Source: Cyanophyceae cyanobacterium (GTDB taxonomy: Bacteria; Cyanobacteriota; Cyanobacteriia; Cyanobacteriales; Laspinemataceae). From it: DNA of 64,000 nucleotides. The position numbers and the translations under genes were made by a program. Below the pieces are notes generated by a model. That model was not told the origin of the DNA. It made no database searches and saw nothing but the letters and a program-made list of their open reading frames with translations. Location of the stretch: positions 1 through 64,000 of the forward strand of contig JBBQFN010000014.1 of assembly GCA_038321985.1 (NCBI GenBank), given 5' to 3'. Below are positions 1 through 9,605 of the stretch, in pieces; position 1 is the first letter of the stretch, and every line of letters starts with the position of its first letter.

Positions 1-1
1 T

Positions 2-1063
2 CAACCCGCGATCGCGCGGCGTGCTGTGTTTCCCTTTACTGCTATTGTGGGGCAGGAAGAAATGAAACTGGCATTGCTGCTAAATGTCATTGACCCCAAG
101 ATTGGCGGGGTGATGATTATGGGCGATCGCGGCACTGGCAAATCTACCACCATCCGCGCCCTCGCCGATCTGCTTCCAGAAATCGAAGTGGTGGCAGATG
201 ACCCGTTCAACAGTCATCCCTCGGATCCTGAACTGATGAGTGATGTGGTCCGCGATCGCGTCTCTCGTGGGGAAACGGTGCCCCTGATGCAGCGCAAGGT
301 TCAGATGATTGACCTCCCTCTCGGTGCTACGGAGGACCGGGTTTGTGGCACGATTGATATTGAAAAAGCCCTCTCAGAAGGGGTAAAAGCCTTTGAACCG
401 GGTCTTTTAGCGAAAGCCAATCGCGGCATTCTCTATGTGGATGAAGTCAACCTCCTGGATGATCACCTCGTGGATGTGTTGCTAGACTCCGCAGCTTCCG
501 GGTGGAATACCGTTGAACGGGAAGGGATTTCTATTCGTCACCCGGCGCGATTTGTGCTGGTAGGGTCCGGTAACCCAGAAGAAGGAGAATTACGCCCCCA
601 ATTGCTCGATCGCTTTGGAATGCACGCGGAAATTCGCACAGTGAAAGAACCCGCTTTACGGGTGAAAATTGTCGAAGAACGCTCAGGATTTGACCAAAAT
701 CCTAAAACCTATTTGGAAGAACATACGACGGAACAACAAGCGTTACAACAAAAGCTAATCGACGCTCAAACGCTGTTACCCTCGGTTAATTTGGACTACG
801 ATATGCGAGTGCAAATTTCCCAAGTTTGTTCTGAACTTGATGTGGATGGGTTGCGTGGAGATATTGTGACGAATCGTGCGGCTAAGGCGATCGCTGCTTT
901 GGAAGGACGCACAGAAGTCACCCTGGATGATATCCGCCGGGTGATTACCCTGTGTCTGCGTCACCGCTTACGCAAAGACCCCTTAGAATCCATCGATAGT
1001 GGTTATAAGGTCCAAAAAGTCTTTAGCAGTGTCTTTGGCGTAGAAATGCCAGCCGAAGGTTAA
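2..1063 (+). CDS. chlI: Magnesium chelatase ATPase subunit I (5' end probably upstream of window)
   Basis: [16 protein letters not shown], Walker [27 protein letters not shown]. The frame is open back to base 2 ([12 protein letters not shown]), so the true start is likely outside the window. Confidence 0.96.
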   Translation, partial: QPAIARRAVFPFTAIVGQEEMKLALLLNVIDPKIGGVMIMGDRGTGKSTTIRALADLLPEIEVVADDPFNSHPSDPELMSDVVRDRVSRGETVPLMQRKVQMIDLPLGATEDRVCGTIDIEKALSEGVKAFEPGLLAKANRGILYVDEVNLLDDHLVDVLLDSAASGWNTVEREGISIRHPARFVLVGSGNPEEGELRPQLLDRFGMHAEIRTVKEPALRVKIVEERSGFDQNPKTYLEEHTTEQQALQQKLIDAQTLLPSVNLDYDMRVQISQVCSELDVDGLRGDIVTNRAAKAIAALEGRTEVTLDDIRRVITLCLRHRLRKDPLESIDSGYKVQKVFSSVFGVEMPAEG

Positions 1064-1068
1064 ATCGG

Positions 1069-1119
1069 TGTAGTGGCGCTGGGGTAAATTGAGCAGAAAA
1101 ACCCTAAAGCGCCTCTACA
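1069..1119. repeat. GTAG-type REP-like palindrome
   Basis: TGTAGTGGCGCT (1069-1080) pairs at 11/12 positions with AGCGCCTCTACA (1108-1119) between chlI and ruvC. Confidence 0.6.
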
Positions 1120-1129
1120 TCCACCCGTT

Positions 1130-1630
1130 ATGGAAAAACGAATTTTAGGATTAGATCCGGGGTTGGCTACGTTAGGATTTGGGGCGATCGCGGCTCAAAC
1201 TGGAGGAACAGGGCGAAGTCGCAGCGAAACGGTTTCCCTGTTAGATTTTGGCATCATTCAAACTCCGGCGAATACCGACCTGGGTCAGCGATTATGTACG
1301 ATTTATGAAGATATGCACGCGCTGATTGAGCAGTTTAAACCGGATTTAGTAGCGGCGGAAAAATTGTTTTTCTATCGGATGGGAAATACAATTTTAGTCG
1401 CCCAAGCGCGGGGGGTAATTTTGCTCGTGGTGGGTCAACATAAATTGCCCTTGGTCGAATACACTCCCGGACAAATTAAACAAGCCATCACCGGCTATGG
1501 AAATGCTGATAAATACGAGGTGCAACAAGCGGTCGCTAGGGAGTTAAATTTAGAAACAATTCCCAAACCCGATGATGCAGCAGATGCCTTAGCCGTCGCC
1601 TTAACCGCCTGGTTTCAACTGGACAATTAA
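1130..1630 (+). CDS. ruvC: Holliday junction resolvase RuvC
   Basis: [41 protein letters not shown]. Confidence 0.96.
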   Translation: MEKRILGLDPGLATLGFGAIAAQTGGTGRSRSETVSLLDFGIIQTPANTDLGQRLCTIYEDMHALIEQFKPDLVAAEKLFFYRMGNTILVAQARGVILLVVGQHKLPLVEYTPGQIKQAITGYGNADKYEVQQAVARELNLETIPKPDDAADALAVALTAWFQLDN

Positions 1631-1754
1631 GAGAAATCCCCCGCTAATTCCCCAAAATTTAAAGAAACCCGATACCCTTGAATTTGTGGTTTTTTTTTGA
1701 GCAATCCCTTCCAGGGCAGTCGCCTCGATATTAAAGCTCTAAAAGGCAACATCC

Positions 1755-3074
1755 TCAGAAAGTGAGGCGACAAATCACCAGAGAAGCAAGCATCCCGGTA
1801 ACATCAGCTAACAGTGCAGCAGGTAAGGTGTGGCGCGTCCGCATCACTCCAATACTACCAAAATAAACCGCCATCACATAAAAGGTAGTTTCGGTCGAAC
1901 CTTGCATGGTTGAAACCAGGTAAGACAAGAAACCATCGGGGTCATTCTCCACAATCTCTGACATCACCCCAAATGCGCCACTACCCGATAAGGGACGAAT
2001 CAGTGCCATCGGTAAAGCTTCCGGTGGCATAGCAATCAAGTTCGTCACTGGGGATAAAGCTGCCGTCATCACATCCAATGCCCCACTGCTGCGAAACATC
2101 CCGATCGCCACAAAGATTGCCACCAGAAAGGGAATAATTCTCACGGCGATATCAAACCCTTCTTTCGCACCTTCAGTTAGCACTTCATACACTTTCACCC
2201 CGCGAAAGTAACCGATGAGTAAGAAGCTACAAATCACTAAGGGTAGCAATCCATTAGAAATCGCCTCAATCAGTTGCGTGGTTTCCAATCCAGCAGTTCC
2301 AGTGATGGTTAAGCGATAGAGAACGGCCCCAAAAAATAGCACAATTAGCCCGCCAAAGAACAGACGTCCCAGAAGTCCGGGGGGTTCTAAGGGTTCAACG
2401 GGTTGGGCATATTCTGCCGGTTCTGAGGGGGTGTCTAAGTCCGGTTCTGGGACAATTACGGGGGGATTTGGATCAGCGTCCCGGTTACGATGTGCGAGAA
2501 ATTTAGCCGCCAGAATTGCCACAGTGGTTGAGGCGAAGGTGGCAATGATTGAGGGAATAATAATTGCCCCGGGATTGGTGGCCCCAGCGGAAGCACGCAC
2601 GGCGATCGCGCCAATGGGTAAAATGGTCACCGAGGAGGTGTTAATGGCTAAAAATAAGCACATGGCATTGGTGGCAGTCCCCGGGGTCGGATTCAGCCGA
2701 TTCAGTTCGTTCATGGCTTTGAGTCCGATCGGGGTGGCGGCATTCCCTAACCCCAAGGCATTGGCGGCGATATTTAAAATCATGGCAGACATGGCAGGAT
2801 GATCCGGGGGAATATCCGGAAATAGTCGCAACATAACTGGACGAATTCCTCGGGCGATCGCCTGCATCACTCCGGCTACTTCCACCACTCGCAGAATTCC
2901 CAACCACAAGGCTAAGGCACCAATTAACCCGATCGCCAGGGTGACTGCATTAGCAGCCGACTCGAATGCCGCTTCTGTCAGTTCGGGCAAGGTCCCGCGC
3001 ATCGTTGCCACGACAGTAGACCCGACCATTAGAAACAGCCAAATGCTATTAAGAGGAGACTCGGATTTTTTCAC
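1755..3074 (-). CDS. SpmA/SpmB-like fused membrane protein (nucleoside-recognition/gate domain)
   Basis: SpmA-like N half (NIAANALGLGNAATPIGLKAM, LFLAINTSS), Pro-rich linker, SpmB-like C half (RPLSGSGA, MQGSTETTFYVMAVYFGS). Confidence 0.85.
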   Translation of the reverse strand: MKKSESPLNSIWLFLMVGSTVVATMRGTLPELTEAAFESAANAVTLAIGLIGALALWLGILRVVEVAGVMQAIARGIRPVMLRLFPDIPPDHPAMSAMILNIAANALGLGNAATPIGLKAMNELNRLNPTPGTATNAMCLFLAINTSSVTILPIGAIAVRASAGATNPGAIIIPSIIATFASTTVAILAAKFLAHRNRDADPNPPVIVPEPDLDTPSEPAEYAQPVEPLEPPGLLGRLFFGGLIVLFFGAVLYRLTITGTAGLETTQLIEAISNGLLPLVICSFLLIGYFRGVKVYEVLTEGAKEGFDIAVRIIPFLVAIFVAIGMFRSSGALDVMTAALSPVTNLIAMPPEALPMALIRPLSGSGAFGVMSEIVENDPDGFLSYLVSTMQGSTETTFYVMAVYFGSIGVMRTRHTLPAALLADVTGMLASLVICRLTF

Positions 3075-3234
3075 AGACTTTTCGCAGTCTAAGTTTCCGA
3101 GCTATGTTACCATCATCAACCCCCAAGGGTTCCTCAAGAAAACCGGAAACTCCCAAAATTCCAAACGGTTCGGGGGGTATTCTCCCTCTCACAATGGGGT
3201 CTAAACGGCTCATTAGGCGAGGATTAAGCCATTT

Positions 3235-3792
3235 TCACTTGCCCTGAATGGACATCAAAACGCTGCGGGCAGATTCCAGAGACGTGCCACACCACGGACA
3301 ACCAAAATCGAGCAGTTTATAATGCGAGACTTTTTGACAATGTGAACAGCGTAAACCATAAGTGGGTAGTGGTTTGCGTGGCACCCGACGGCGCAGGGGT
3401 TGACTGTTGGAGGACTCGCTATCATCCTCTGTCGCAGAAAGGTCTACAGTCATGGGGAACCTGGGGTCAATAGCAATCACTTTGAGTTTGACTTGTCCCA
3501 AATATAAGATACTACCTTGAGTTAAGATAATCTCACCCTGGGCCAGAAGCTGTCCATCTACTTGAGAGGGATTGGTAGGTCGAAGATTTCTCAGATAAAA
3601 ATGACTTTTCTGGGCATCATAAAAGATTTCAACGTGCAATCCCGATACTGTTGGATGGAGCAAAACGATATCGCATCGAGTCGGATCACGGCCGATTCGG
3701 ACGGTCCCCGGATTTTTACTAGGTTGCTTATCCCATAGCGTTTGAGTTCTGATCTCACCGGCTTCGATCCACTTTAGGGTTAGTTCATGCAT
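3235..3792 (-). CDS. FHA-domain protein with C-terminal CxxC..CxxC zinc ribbon
   Basis: RIGRDP..CDIVL.HPTVSGLH FHA motif, and CSHC/CPWC. The likely start is MHELTLKW at 3792 rather than 3909. Confidence 0.8.
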   Translation of the reverse strand: MHELTLKWIEAGEIRTQTLWDKQPSKNPGTVRIGRDPTRCDIVLLHPTVSGLHVEIFYDAQKSHFYLRNLRPTNPSQVDGQLLAQGEIILTQGSILYLGQVKLKVIAIDPRFPMTVDLSATEDDSESSNSQPLRRRVPRKPLPTYGLRCSHCQKVSHYKLLDFGCPWCGTSLESARSVLMSIQGK

Positions 3793-4476
3793 AGCGATCG
3801 CAAGTTTCCATAGTAGCAGCACCTGTTTTCCCCATCCCTGACTAGGGGATATTTCTTTATTATCTAGCTTTTTTAGAGAGCGAGGCAAGTATAGAAGCAC
3901 ACCATTCACCAGGTTCGGTATCCCTTGTCAGTTTTGGGGAGAGTGTCGGTGAGTTAAAGCCTTTACCGGGTTTTTGTCCAGAAACGATGGAGTTCAGGGC
4001 AAAATAAGGGTGAGAAGCCCGGTTTCCCATCTCCACCATTCTGTCTTGATACTCTTGCTGTATTGCAGTTAATAGGCTCTGATGAAACTTTATCCGGTTC
4101 TTTGCCTTGATGGACTAGGTTTAACGAATCTTCACACTGGCGATCGTGTACCGATGAACCCCAGGATTAGCCATTGGCAAGATCATAGCCAGTGGGTCCC
4201 CTTACCTCTGTTCACTCCCTAAAGAAACCATTAAGAAATAGAATGGACCTTTCCTGCTTCTGCGCCTACTTCTTAACTCTAAAGGAGGATAAAGAAGTCA
4301 TAAATCAACCTCAAAAATAAACGGGTTATAAAATTATAAAAAGATTCCAGCCTGCTGCGCTGAACAAGGAAGCAGTTTCAGAATTATGCCAAAAGTCTCA
4401 TGTGGGTGCGAGTTTCAATTTCCCTCCCTCCAGTGTCAAAATAGAGGGAAAGTAGTTGAAAGACAGACAAGCCCCT

Positions 4477-5811
4477 ATGACTTCAACAGATTCAGTGCGA
4501 TCGCTTCCCTTACCTCCCGGAAAATTCGGATTACCCGTCATTGGCGAAACCATCAGCTTCTTGCGCGATGCCAAATTCAACGATAAGCGCCAAGAAAAAT
4601 ACGGATTGGTTTACAAGACTAATATCTTTGGACAACCCACCGTCATCATGAGTGGTGCCGAAGCAAATCGCTTTCTGTTCAGCCATGACAACAGCTATTT
4701 TACCTCCACTTGGCTCGATAGCACCCGCATCTTACTGGGTCCCCAGTCCCTCTCCACCCAAAGCGGCAGCGAGCACATTTCCAGACGGCGGCTGATAGCA
4801 CAAGCATTTCTTCCCAAGGCGATCGCCGGATACCTTCCGCGAATGGAACAAATCACCCATCGCTATCTCAAACAATGGGAAAAACAAAGTGAAATGACGT
4901 GGTATCCATTGCTGCGAACCTATATGTTTGACATTGCTAGCAGCTTACTCATTGGCACTGAAAGCGGATCCGAAACTGCCTATCTCAGCCAAATTTTTAA
5001 AACCTGGAGTGAGGGATTATTTTCCATTCCCGTTAATCTACCTTGGACCCAATTTGGAAAAGCACTCCGCTGCCGGAAATTGTTGCTCGAAAAGATAGAA
5101 GAAATCGTGCGGCGTCGTCAGCAAGAAACCGAACCCCGAAACGATGCGTTAGGGTTGCTCTTAACCGCACGAGATGAAGAGGGAAATGGGTTAACATTGG
5201 ATGAACTTAAAGACCAAGTATTGCTCCTCTTATTTGCAGGTCATGAAACTCAAACTTCTTCCCTTTCTTCCCTCTGTCTGTTACTGGCACAACATCCCCA
5301 AGTCATTGCTAAACTGCGCGAAGAACAAGAAAAAGTTGGGTTTACAGGTTCCCTAAATATGGATTTGCTCAAAGAAATGACCTATCTGGAACAAACCATC
5401 AAAGAAGTGCTGCGATTAGTGCCTCCCGTTGGGGGTGGATTTCGCAGAGTCGTGCAAAATTGCGAGTTTAATAACTATCAAATTCCCGAAGGATGGATGG
5501 TCCTGTATCAGATTACTCAAACTCATAAAGATAGTTCGGTTTATTCCCAACCCCAAGAATTTGACCCGGACCGCTTTGGGCCTGACCGCGCTGAAGATAA
5601 GCCTAAACCATTTAGTTTTATACCCTTTGGAGGAGGTGCGAGAGAATGTGTGGGAAAGGCATTTGCAATGTTAGCCTTACGGGTTTTTACTACCTATTTA
5701 GTCCACGGTTATGACTGGGAATTATTGCCGGACCAAAATTTAGAATTAGTAACCATACCCACACCCTCTCCTCGGGATGGATTGCGGGTCAAGTTTAGCC
5801 AACGAGGGTAA
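4477..5811 (+). CDS. Cytochrome P450 (CYP120-like)
   Basis: PLPPGKFGLP N-terminus, I-helix AGHET, ExxR (EVLR), FDPDRF, heme motif FGGGARECVG. ATG at 4477. Confidence 0.93.
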   Translation: MTSTDSVRSLPLPPGKFGLPVIGETISFLRDAKFNDKRQEKYGLVYKTNIFGQPTVIMSGAEANRFLFSHDNSYFTSTWLDSTRILLGPQSLSTQSGSEHISRRRLIAQAFLPKAIAGYLPRMEQITHRYLKQWEKQSEMTWYPLLRTYMFDIASSLLIGTESGSETAYLSQIFKTWSEGLFSIPVNLPWTQFGKALRCRKLLLEKIEEIVRRRQQETEPRNDALGLLLTARDEEGNGLTLDELKDQVLLLLFAGHETQTSSLSSLCLLLAQHPQVIAKLREEQEKVGFTGSLNMDLLKEMTYLEQTIKEVLRLVPPVGGGFRRVVQNCEFNNYQIPEGWMVLYQITQTHKDSSVYSQPQEFDPDRFGPDRAEDKPKPFSFIPFGGGARECVGKAFAMLALRVFTTYLVHGYDWELLPDQNLELVTIPTPSPRDGLRVKFSQRG

Positions 5812-5856
5812 AGATTGAGGAGTTAAGCAATTTTAGGTTTGCGATTCTATCTGTTG

Positions 5857-5892
5857 GGTGCGTTCTGATCTCAACTTAGGGACTAACGCACC
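5857..5892. repeat. REP-like palindrome (GGTGCGTT...AACGCACC)
   Basis: Perfect 8-bp arms downstream of the P450 gene; related to the element at 11014-11065. Confidence 0.5.
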
Positions 5893-5989
5893 ATGACGCG
5901 AAGATTAAGGTTTTATGTCTACCCTTATCAAAACCCCTCAAATCGAAGCCTTTAGGGAATATTGGTCTCATACTTCCCCAGATAACCCG

Positions 5990-6018
5990 TTGACAATGGG
6001 GTTAAGATTAGTTAGTAT
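5990..6018 (+). promoter_or_regulatory. Putative sigma70-type promoter of the TA operon
   Basis: TTGACA (5990-5995), 17-bp spacer, TAGTAT (6013-6018), about 40 bp upstream of the antitoxin ATG. Confidence 0.55.
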
Positions 6019-6057
6019 GATAATTAAATGCTACCAAATTCTCCTACAAGTTAGACC

Positions 6058-6288
6058 ATGAGCAAAAAAGTTAGCATCACCCTAGACGATGAAGTTTTAA
6101 AATTTATAGATACAGTGGCACCCCGGCATAACCGTAGTCGATTTATTAATGACATTCTTTTAAAAGAAAAACAGAAGCAGTTGATTACAGAGCTTGCAGA
6201 TGCTTATCGAGAACAAAGTAATGACCCCGAATTTCAACAAGGGGTCTTAGCTTGGGATGTTACTGTGAGCGATGGTTTAAATGCCTAA
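6058..6288 (+). CDS. Ribbon-helix-helix (CopG-like) antitoxin
   Basis: MSKKVSITLDDEVL..NRSRFIN RHH pattern and acidic WD..DG tail. Overlaps the toxin start by 8 bp. Confidence 0.85.
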   Translation: MSKKVSITLDDEVLKFIDTVAPRHNRSRFINDILLKEKQKQLITELADAYREQSNDPEFQQGVLAWDVTVSDGLNA

Positions 6289-6643
6289 TGGAATTTTAAA
6301 TTATAAACGCGGTGAAATTTGGTGGGTGGATCTTCAGCCAGTTGTGGGAAGTGAAACTGATAAACAGCGTCCTTGTTTGATTTTGCAAAATGATATTGGT
6401 AATCAGCATGGATCGACTACAATTATTGCTCCCTTATTGCCCGGAAGTAAAAAATATCCTTTTGTTGTTAATGTAAAGCCAACCCGACAAAATGGATTGG
6501 ATGGCGATCGCTATATCAATTTAAGCCAAATCAGAGCAGTAGATGCTCAACGGATTAAGGAAAAGCAGGGAGTTTTAGAGGATGAATATTGGAGTACAAT
6601 TGAAAAAGCAGTAACAATCGAACTGGGTTTTTATAAAGAATAG
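6281..6643 (+). CDS. PemK/MazF-family toxin (endoribonuclease)
   Basis: KRGEIWWVDLQPVVGSE..KQRPCLILQND and SQIRAVD..RI motifs. Confidence 0.92.
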   Translation: MPNGILNYKRGEIWWVDLQPVVGSETDKQRPCLILQNDIGNQHGSTTIIAPLLPGSKKYPFVVNVKPTRQNGLDGDRYINLSQIRAVDAQRIKEKQGVLEDEYWSTIEKAVTIELGFYKE

Positions 6644-6834
6644 TTCTGAGGTTTTATGAAACTTTGCCTCGGTTATCCTCATCTTCGACTCTTCATCAGC
6701 TAGCCGCCACAGCTTTTTAGAAAGGGAATTTTATAAGTTACTCTAGTCTAGACTTTTTTCAGATTTCAAATTGTCAATCCTAGATTGTAGGTGTATAGGA
6801 TGTAAATAATGAGACCAAAAAAAGAGTAGATCCA

Positions 6835-6877
6835 AAAATAAAAGGGTTTACAACTTAGAAAAAGTTGTAAACCCTTT
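6835..6877 (-). terminator. Rho-independent terminator of tRNA-Leu
   Basis: Perfect 16-bp stem AAAGGGTTTACAACTT / AAGTTGTAAACCCTTT just 3' of the tRNA, followed by a T-rich tract on the minus strand. Confidence 0.75.
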
Positions 6878-6888
6878 GTCATATATAG

Positions 6889-6969
6889 TGCGGACGGGGA
6901 GACTCGAACTCCCACATCAAAGACACTAGAACCTAAATCTAGCGCGTCTACCAATTCCGCCACGTCCGC
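6889..6969 (-). tRNA. trnL: tRNA-Leu(TAG)
   Basis: Minus strand reads GCGGACG TGGCGGAATTGGTAGACGCG CTAGA TTTAGGT TCTAG, long variable arm, GGGAGTTCGAGTCTCCC CGTCCGC A. Confidence 0.96.
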
Positions 6970-7040
6970 ATAAGTTCATCTTAGCAGAGGTTGCCGTCTT
7001 GCACAAGCAATTTGTGTCAGCTTTTAAAAATCCTGAACTC

Positions 7041-7991
7041 CTACCCCTTCATCCCCATTAGGGTGACTTCCCAAACTAGGCGAGGACTGGCGTAACTCAG
7101 GAGATAGCGCCTTGCGCGATCGAGAAGATGGAGGGGATGTGCATTGAAAATACCCCTTTGCTGGGAGGATAACCAGGAGGCGTGTTGCAGGTATTCAATC
7201 AGCCACAATTGAGACTCGGTGTCGAGACTGCGATCGATTTCTTTGGCAATTTCTAATGCCTGTTTGGTGGATAGGGACGGTGTGAGGGGTTTTGCTAGAA
7301 GTTCGGCAGGGATTTCTTGGAGTTTGTCCCAACAGGCGATCGCCGTTCCGGGAGACCCCTGTGCCATTGCCAACACCGTCGGATTTTCCAGAATCTGCGG
7401 GTATCCCACCCTTGCCAAAACTTCCCCCATCTGTCCATCAGTAAGGCGATAAAAAGGGATACGCTGGCATCGGGAAACTAAGGTGGGTAAGAGGGAATCA
7501 ACCCCCGGTGCAATTAAAATTATACTCGCGCGTCCCGGTTCTTCCAGGGTCTTAAGTAATGCGTTAGCCGCGCTTTCCTTCATGGTTTGCGCCTCTTCTA
7601 GGACGACAACCTTGCGGAGTGCCTCTAGGGGATGGCGTCCCAAAAATTCCCCGATTTGGCGGATTTGTTCGAGGCGAATTTGGGGGGGAGATTTGCGCTT
7701 GAACCCGGTTGCTGCTGCTTCGGTGGCGGTGAGCATTTTTCCCTTATCCAGATAGGTGGGTTCTATCCACAGTAAATCCGGGTGATTTTCCAGTTTGCGG
7801 GTGGAGGCAGGGGTTACCCCCGGATTTTTGGCAGTGAGGAATAGTTCCAAAACGCAACGTGCAGCCAAACTTCGACCGACCCCAGGAGCACCGGCAAAGA
7901 GGTAGGCAGGTGCAATGCGATCGCGGTTTACAGCCTGATTTAGAAGTTCGACGGCCTGGGGTTGTCCGATTAGTTTAGCAAAAACGGTCAT
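7041..7991 (-). CDS. holB: DNA polymerase III subunit delta'
   Basis: PAYLFAGAPGVG, HPDL, AANALLKTLEEP, LLPTLVSRCQ. Confidence 0.93.
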   Translation of the reverse strand: MTVFAKLIGQPQAVELLNQAVNRDRIAPAYLFAGAPGVGRSLAARCVLELFLTAKNPGVTPASTRKLENHPDLLWIEPTYLDKGKMLTATEAAATGFKRKSPPQIRLEQIRQIGEFLGRHPLEALRKVVVLEEAQTMKESAANALLKTLEEPGRASIILIAPGVDSLLPTLVSRCQRIPFYRLTDGQMGEVLARVGYPQILENPTVLAMAQGSPGTAIACWDKLQEIPAELLAKPLTPSLSTKQALEIAKEIDRSLDTESQLWLIEYLQHASWLSSQQRGIFNAHPLHLLDRARRYLLSYASPRLVWEVTLMGMKG

Positions 7992-8067
7992 GGGGATTTT
8001 AGATTTGAAATTTTAGATTGTAGAGTGCAAATATAGAAGAAATATCCTAGGGTTCAATAGTTCTATA

Positions 8068-9381
8068 ATGTCAGCGATCGCCCAAACTTTATCCAGTATT
8101 CTTGGTTCCGACAGTGTTATGGAGTGGGACAGTCTGGATTCGGCTACCCAACAGCGTCTCCGTCTCGCTTTTCCCGAGTCTTCCCTGCCGCCTTGCATTG
8201 CTTATCCCATGACTCAGGCACAATTAGCTGAGGCGATCGCCGCAATTGCTGCCAGTCGCTGTGCTTTGGTCCCCGCAGGGTCCTTGAGTAAAATTGATTG
8301 GGGTGGGGTTCCCTCGGGGGTGCAGGTGATCCTCAGTACCGCACGTCTCGATCGCCTCATTGAACACGCGGTGAATGATTTAACGGTGACGATGGAAGCG
8401 GGGATGACTTTGGCCTCGTTACAATCTATTCTCGCTGATTCCAGTCAGTTTTTGGCCTTAGATCCGGCGTATGGCGATCGCGCAACTCTCGGGGGGATTG
8501 TCGCCACGGGGGATGCCGGAAGTTGGCGACAGCGGTATGGAGGAGTGCGGGACCAACTGTTGGGACTCTCCTTCGTGCGATCGGACGGGGAGTTGGCGAA
8601 GGCGGGTAGTCGGGTAGTGAAGAATGTGGCAGGATACGATTTGATGAAATTATTTACCGGCTCTTACGGCACATTGGGAATGATTTGTCAAGTCACATTT
8701 AGAGTTTATCCTCAACCGGAGGCATCGGGAACGGTGATGCTGACGGGGGATACAGCGGCGATCGCTACGGCAACTCAAACCTTACTCGCTTCGGCATTGA
8801 CCCCAACGGCGATGGATCTGCTGTCTCCTGGAGTGGTGAAGCAACTGGGGATGGGAGACGGGATGGGATTGTTGGTGCGCTTCCAAAGTGTAGCAGAAAG
8901 TGTACAAGAACAATCGGCGCGGCTGGTGGCTGTGGGGGAAACGTTAGGATTAAAGGGTACTTGTCATACTCAAAAGGATGAGGCGGATTTATGGCAAGGA
9001 TTGAGAGAACGAATGCAACCGGCTGACACATTCGGGGCGATCGCCTGCAAAATAGGAGTACGGCCGGCGGAAGCTGTTGCTACGCTATCTAAATTTGTAG
9101 AACTCTCGGGCAGCAATGGAATGGGACAAATTCACGGGAGTAGTGGTTTAGGTTGGTTGCGGTTTGCGGAGGGGACGGTTACTGAGTCTGTTTTATCAAT
9201 GCGGCAATTCTGCCAATCTTCTGGGGGCTTTTTGAGTGTAATGGTTGCACCAATTTCGGTTAAGAATCAGGTTGATGTTTGGGGTTATCAGGGAAATGGT
9301 CTTGAGGTGATGCGAAAGATTAAGCAGCAGTTTGATTCAAAAAATATTTTAAGTCCTCATCGGTTTATTGGGGGCATTTAA
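8068..9381 (+). CDS. glcE: Glycolate oxidase FAD-binding subunit
   Basis: ATLGGIVATG, RYGGVRD, VVKNVAGYDLMKLFTGSYGTLG, KQQFD..NIL; adjacent to glcF. Confidence 0.85.
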   Translation: MSAIAQTLSSILGSDSVMEWDSLDSATQQRLRLAFPESSLPPCIAYPMTQAQLAEAIAAIAASRCALVPAGSLSKIDWGGVPSGVQVILSTARLDRLIEHAVNDLTVTMEAGMTLASLQSILADSSQFLALDPAYGDRATLGGIVATGDAGSWRQRYGGVRDQLLGLSFVRSDGELAKAGSRVVKNVAGYDLMKLFTGSYGTLGMICQVTFRVYPQPEASGTVMLTGDTAAIATATQTLLASALTPTAMDLLSPGVVKQLGMGDGMGLLVRFQSVAESVQEQSARLVAVGETLGLKGTCHTQKDEADLWQGLRERMQPADTFGAIACKIGVRPAEAVATLSKFVELSGSNGMGQIHGSSGLGWLRFAEGTVTESVLSMRQFCQSSGGFLSVMVAPISVKNQVDVWGYQGNGLEVMRKIKQQFDSKNILSPHRFIGGI

Positions 9382-9489
9382 TTGATATTTAGGGGTCAGT
9401 TCCCCGTTCGTAGTGACGAATTCATTCATCTCCGGGTTGGTCGTGAGTTGGGGGGAGAATGAGGTTTTTGGATGAATGAAGAGGGGGAG

Positions 9490-9584
9490 AACGACTGAAG
9501 TCGTGACACCGAACTAAGAAAGATAACGACTAAAGTCGTTACTAGGAACTAAGAAAGATAACGACTGAAGTCGTGACACCGAAC
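9490..9584. repeat. 35-bp tandem repeat (2.7 copies) with palindromic core ACGACT(G/A)AAGTCGT
   Basis: Units start at 9490, 9525 and 9560 with an identical TAAGAAAGAT linker. A degenerate inverted copy lies at 9406-9430. Confidence 0.9.
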
Positions 9585-9605
9585 ATTGGGAAATATATTG
9601 AGTTG

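Noticed and set aside
6644..6760. Possible RelE-like fragment on the minus strand (VTYKIPFLKS)
   Set aside because: Too short and ambiguous to support.
6766..6963. 65-aa ORF MAELVDALDLGSS
   Set aside because: It is a translation of the tRNA-Leu gene.
9490..9584. Possible mini CRISPR array
   Set aside because: The linkers are only 10 bp and identical, and no cas genes are in the window, so this is a tandem repeat.
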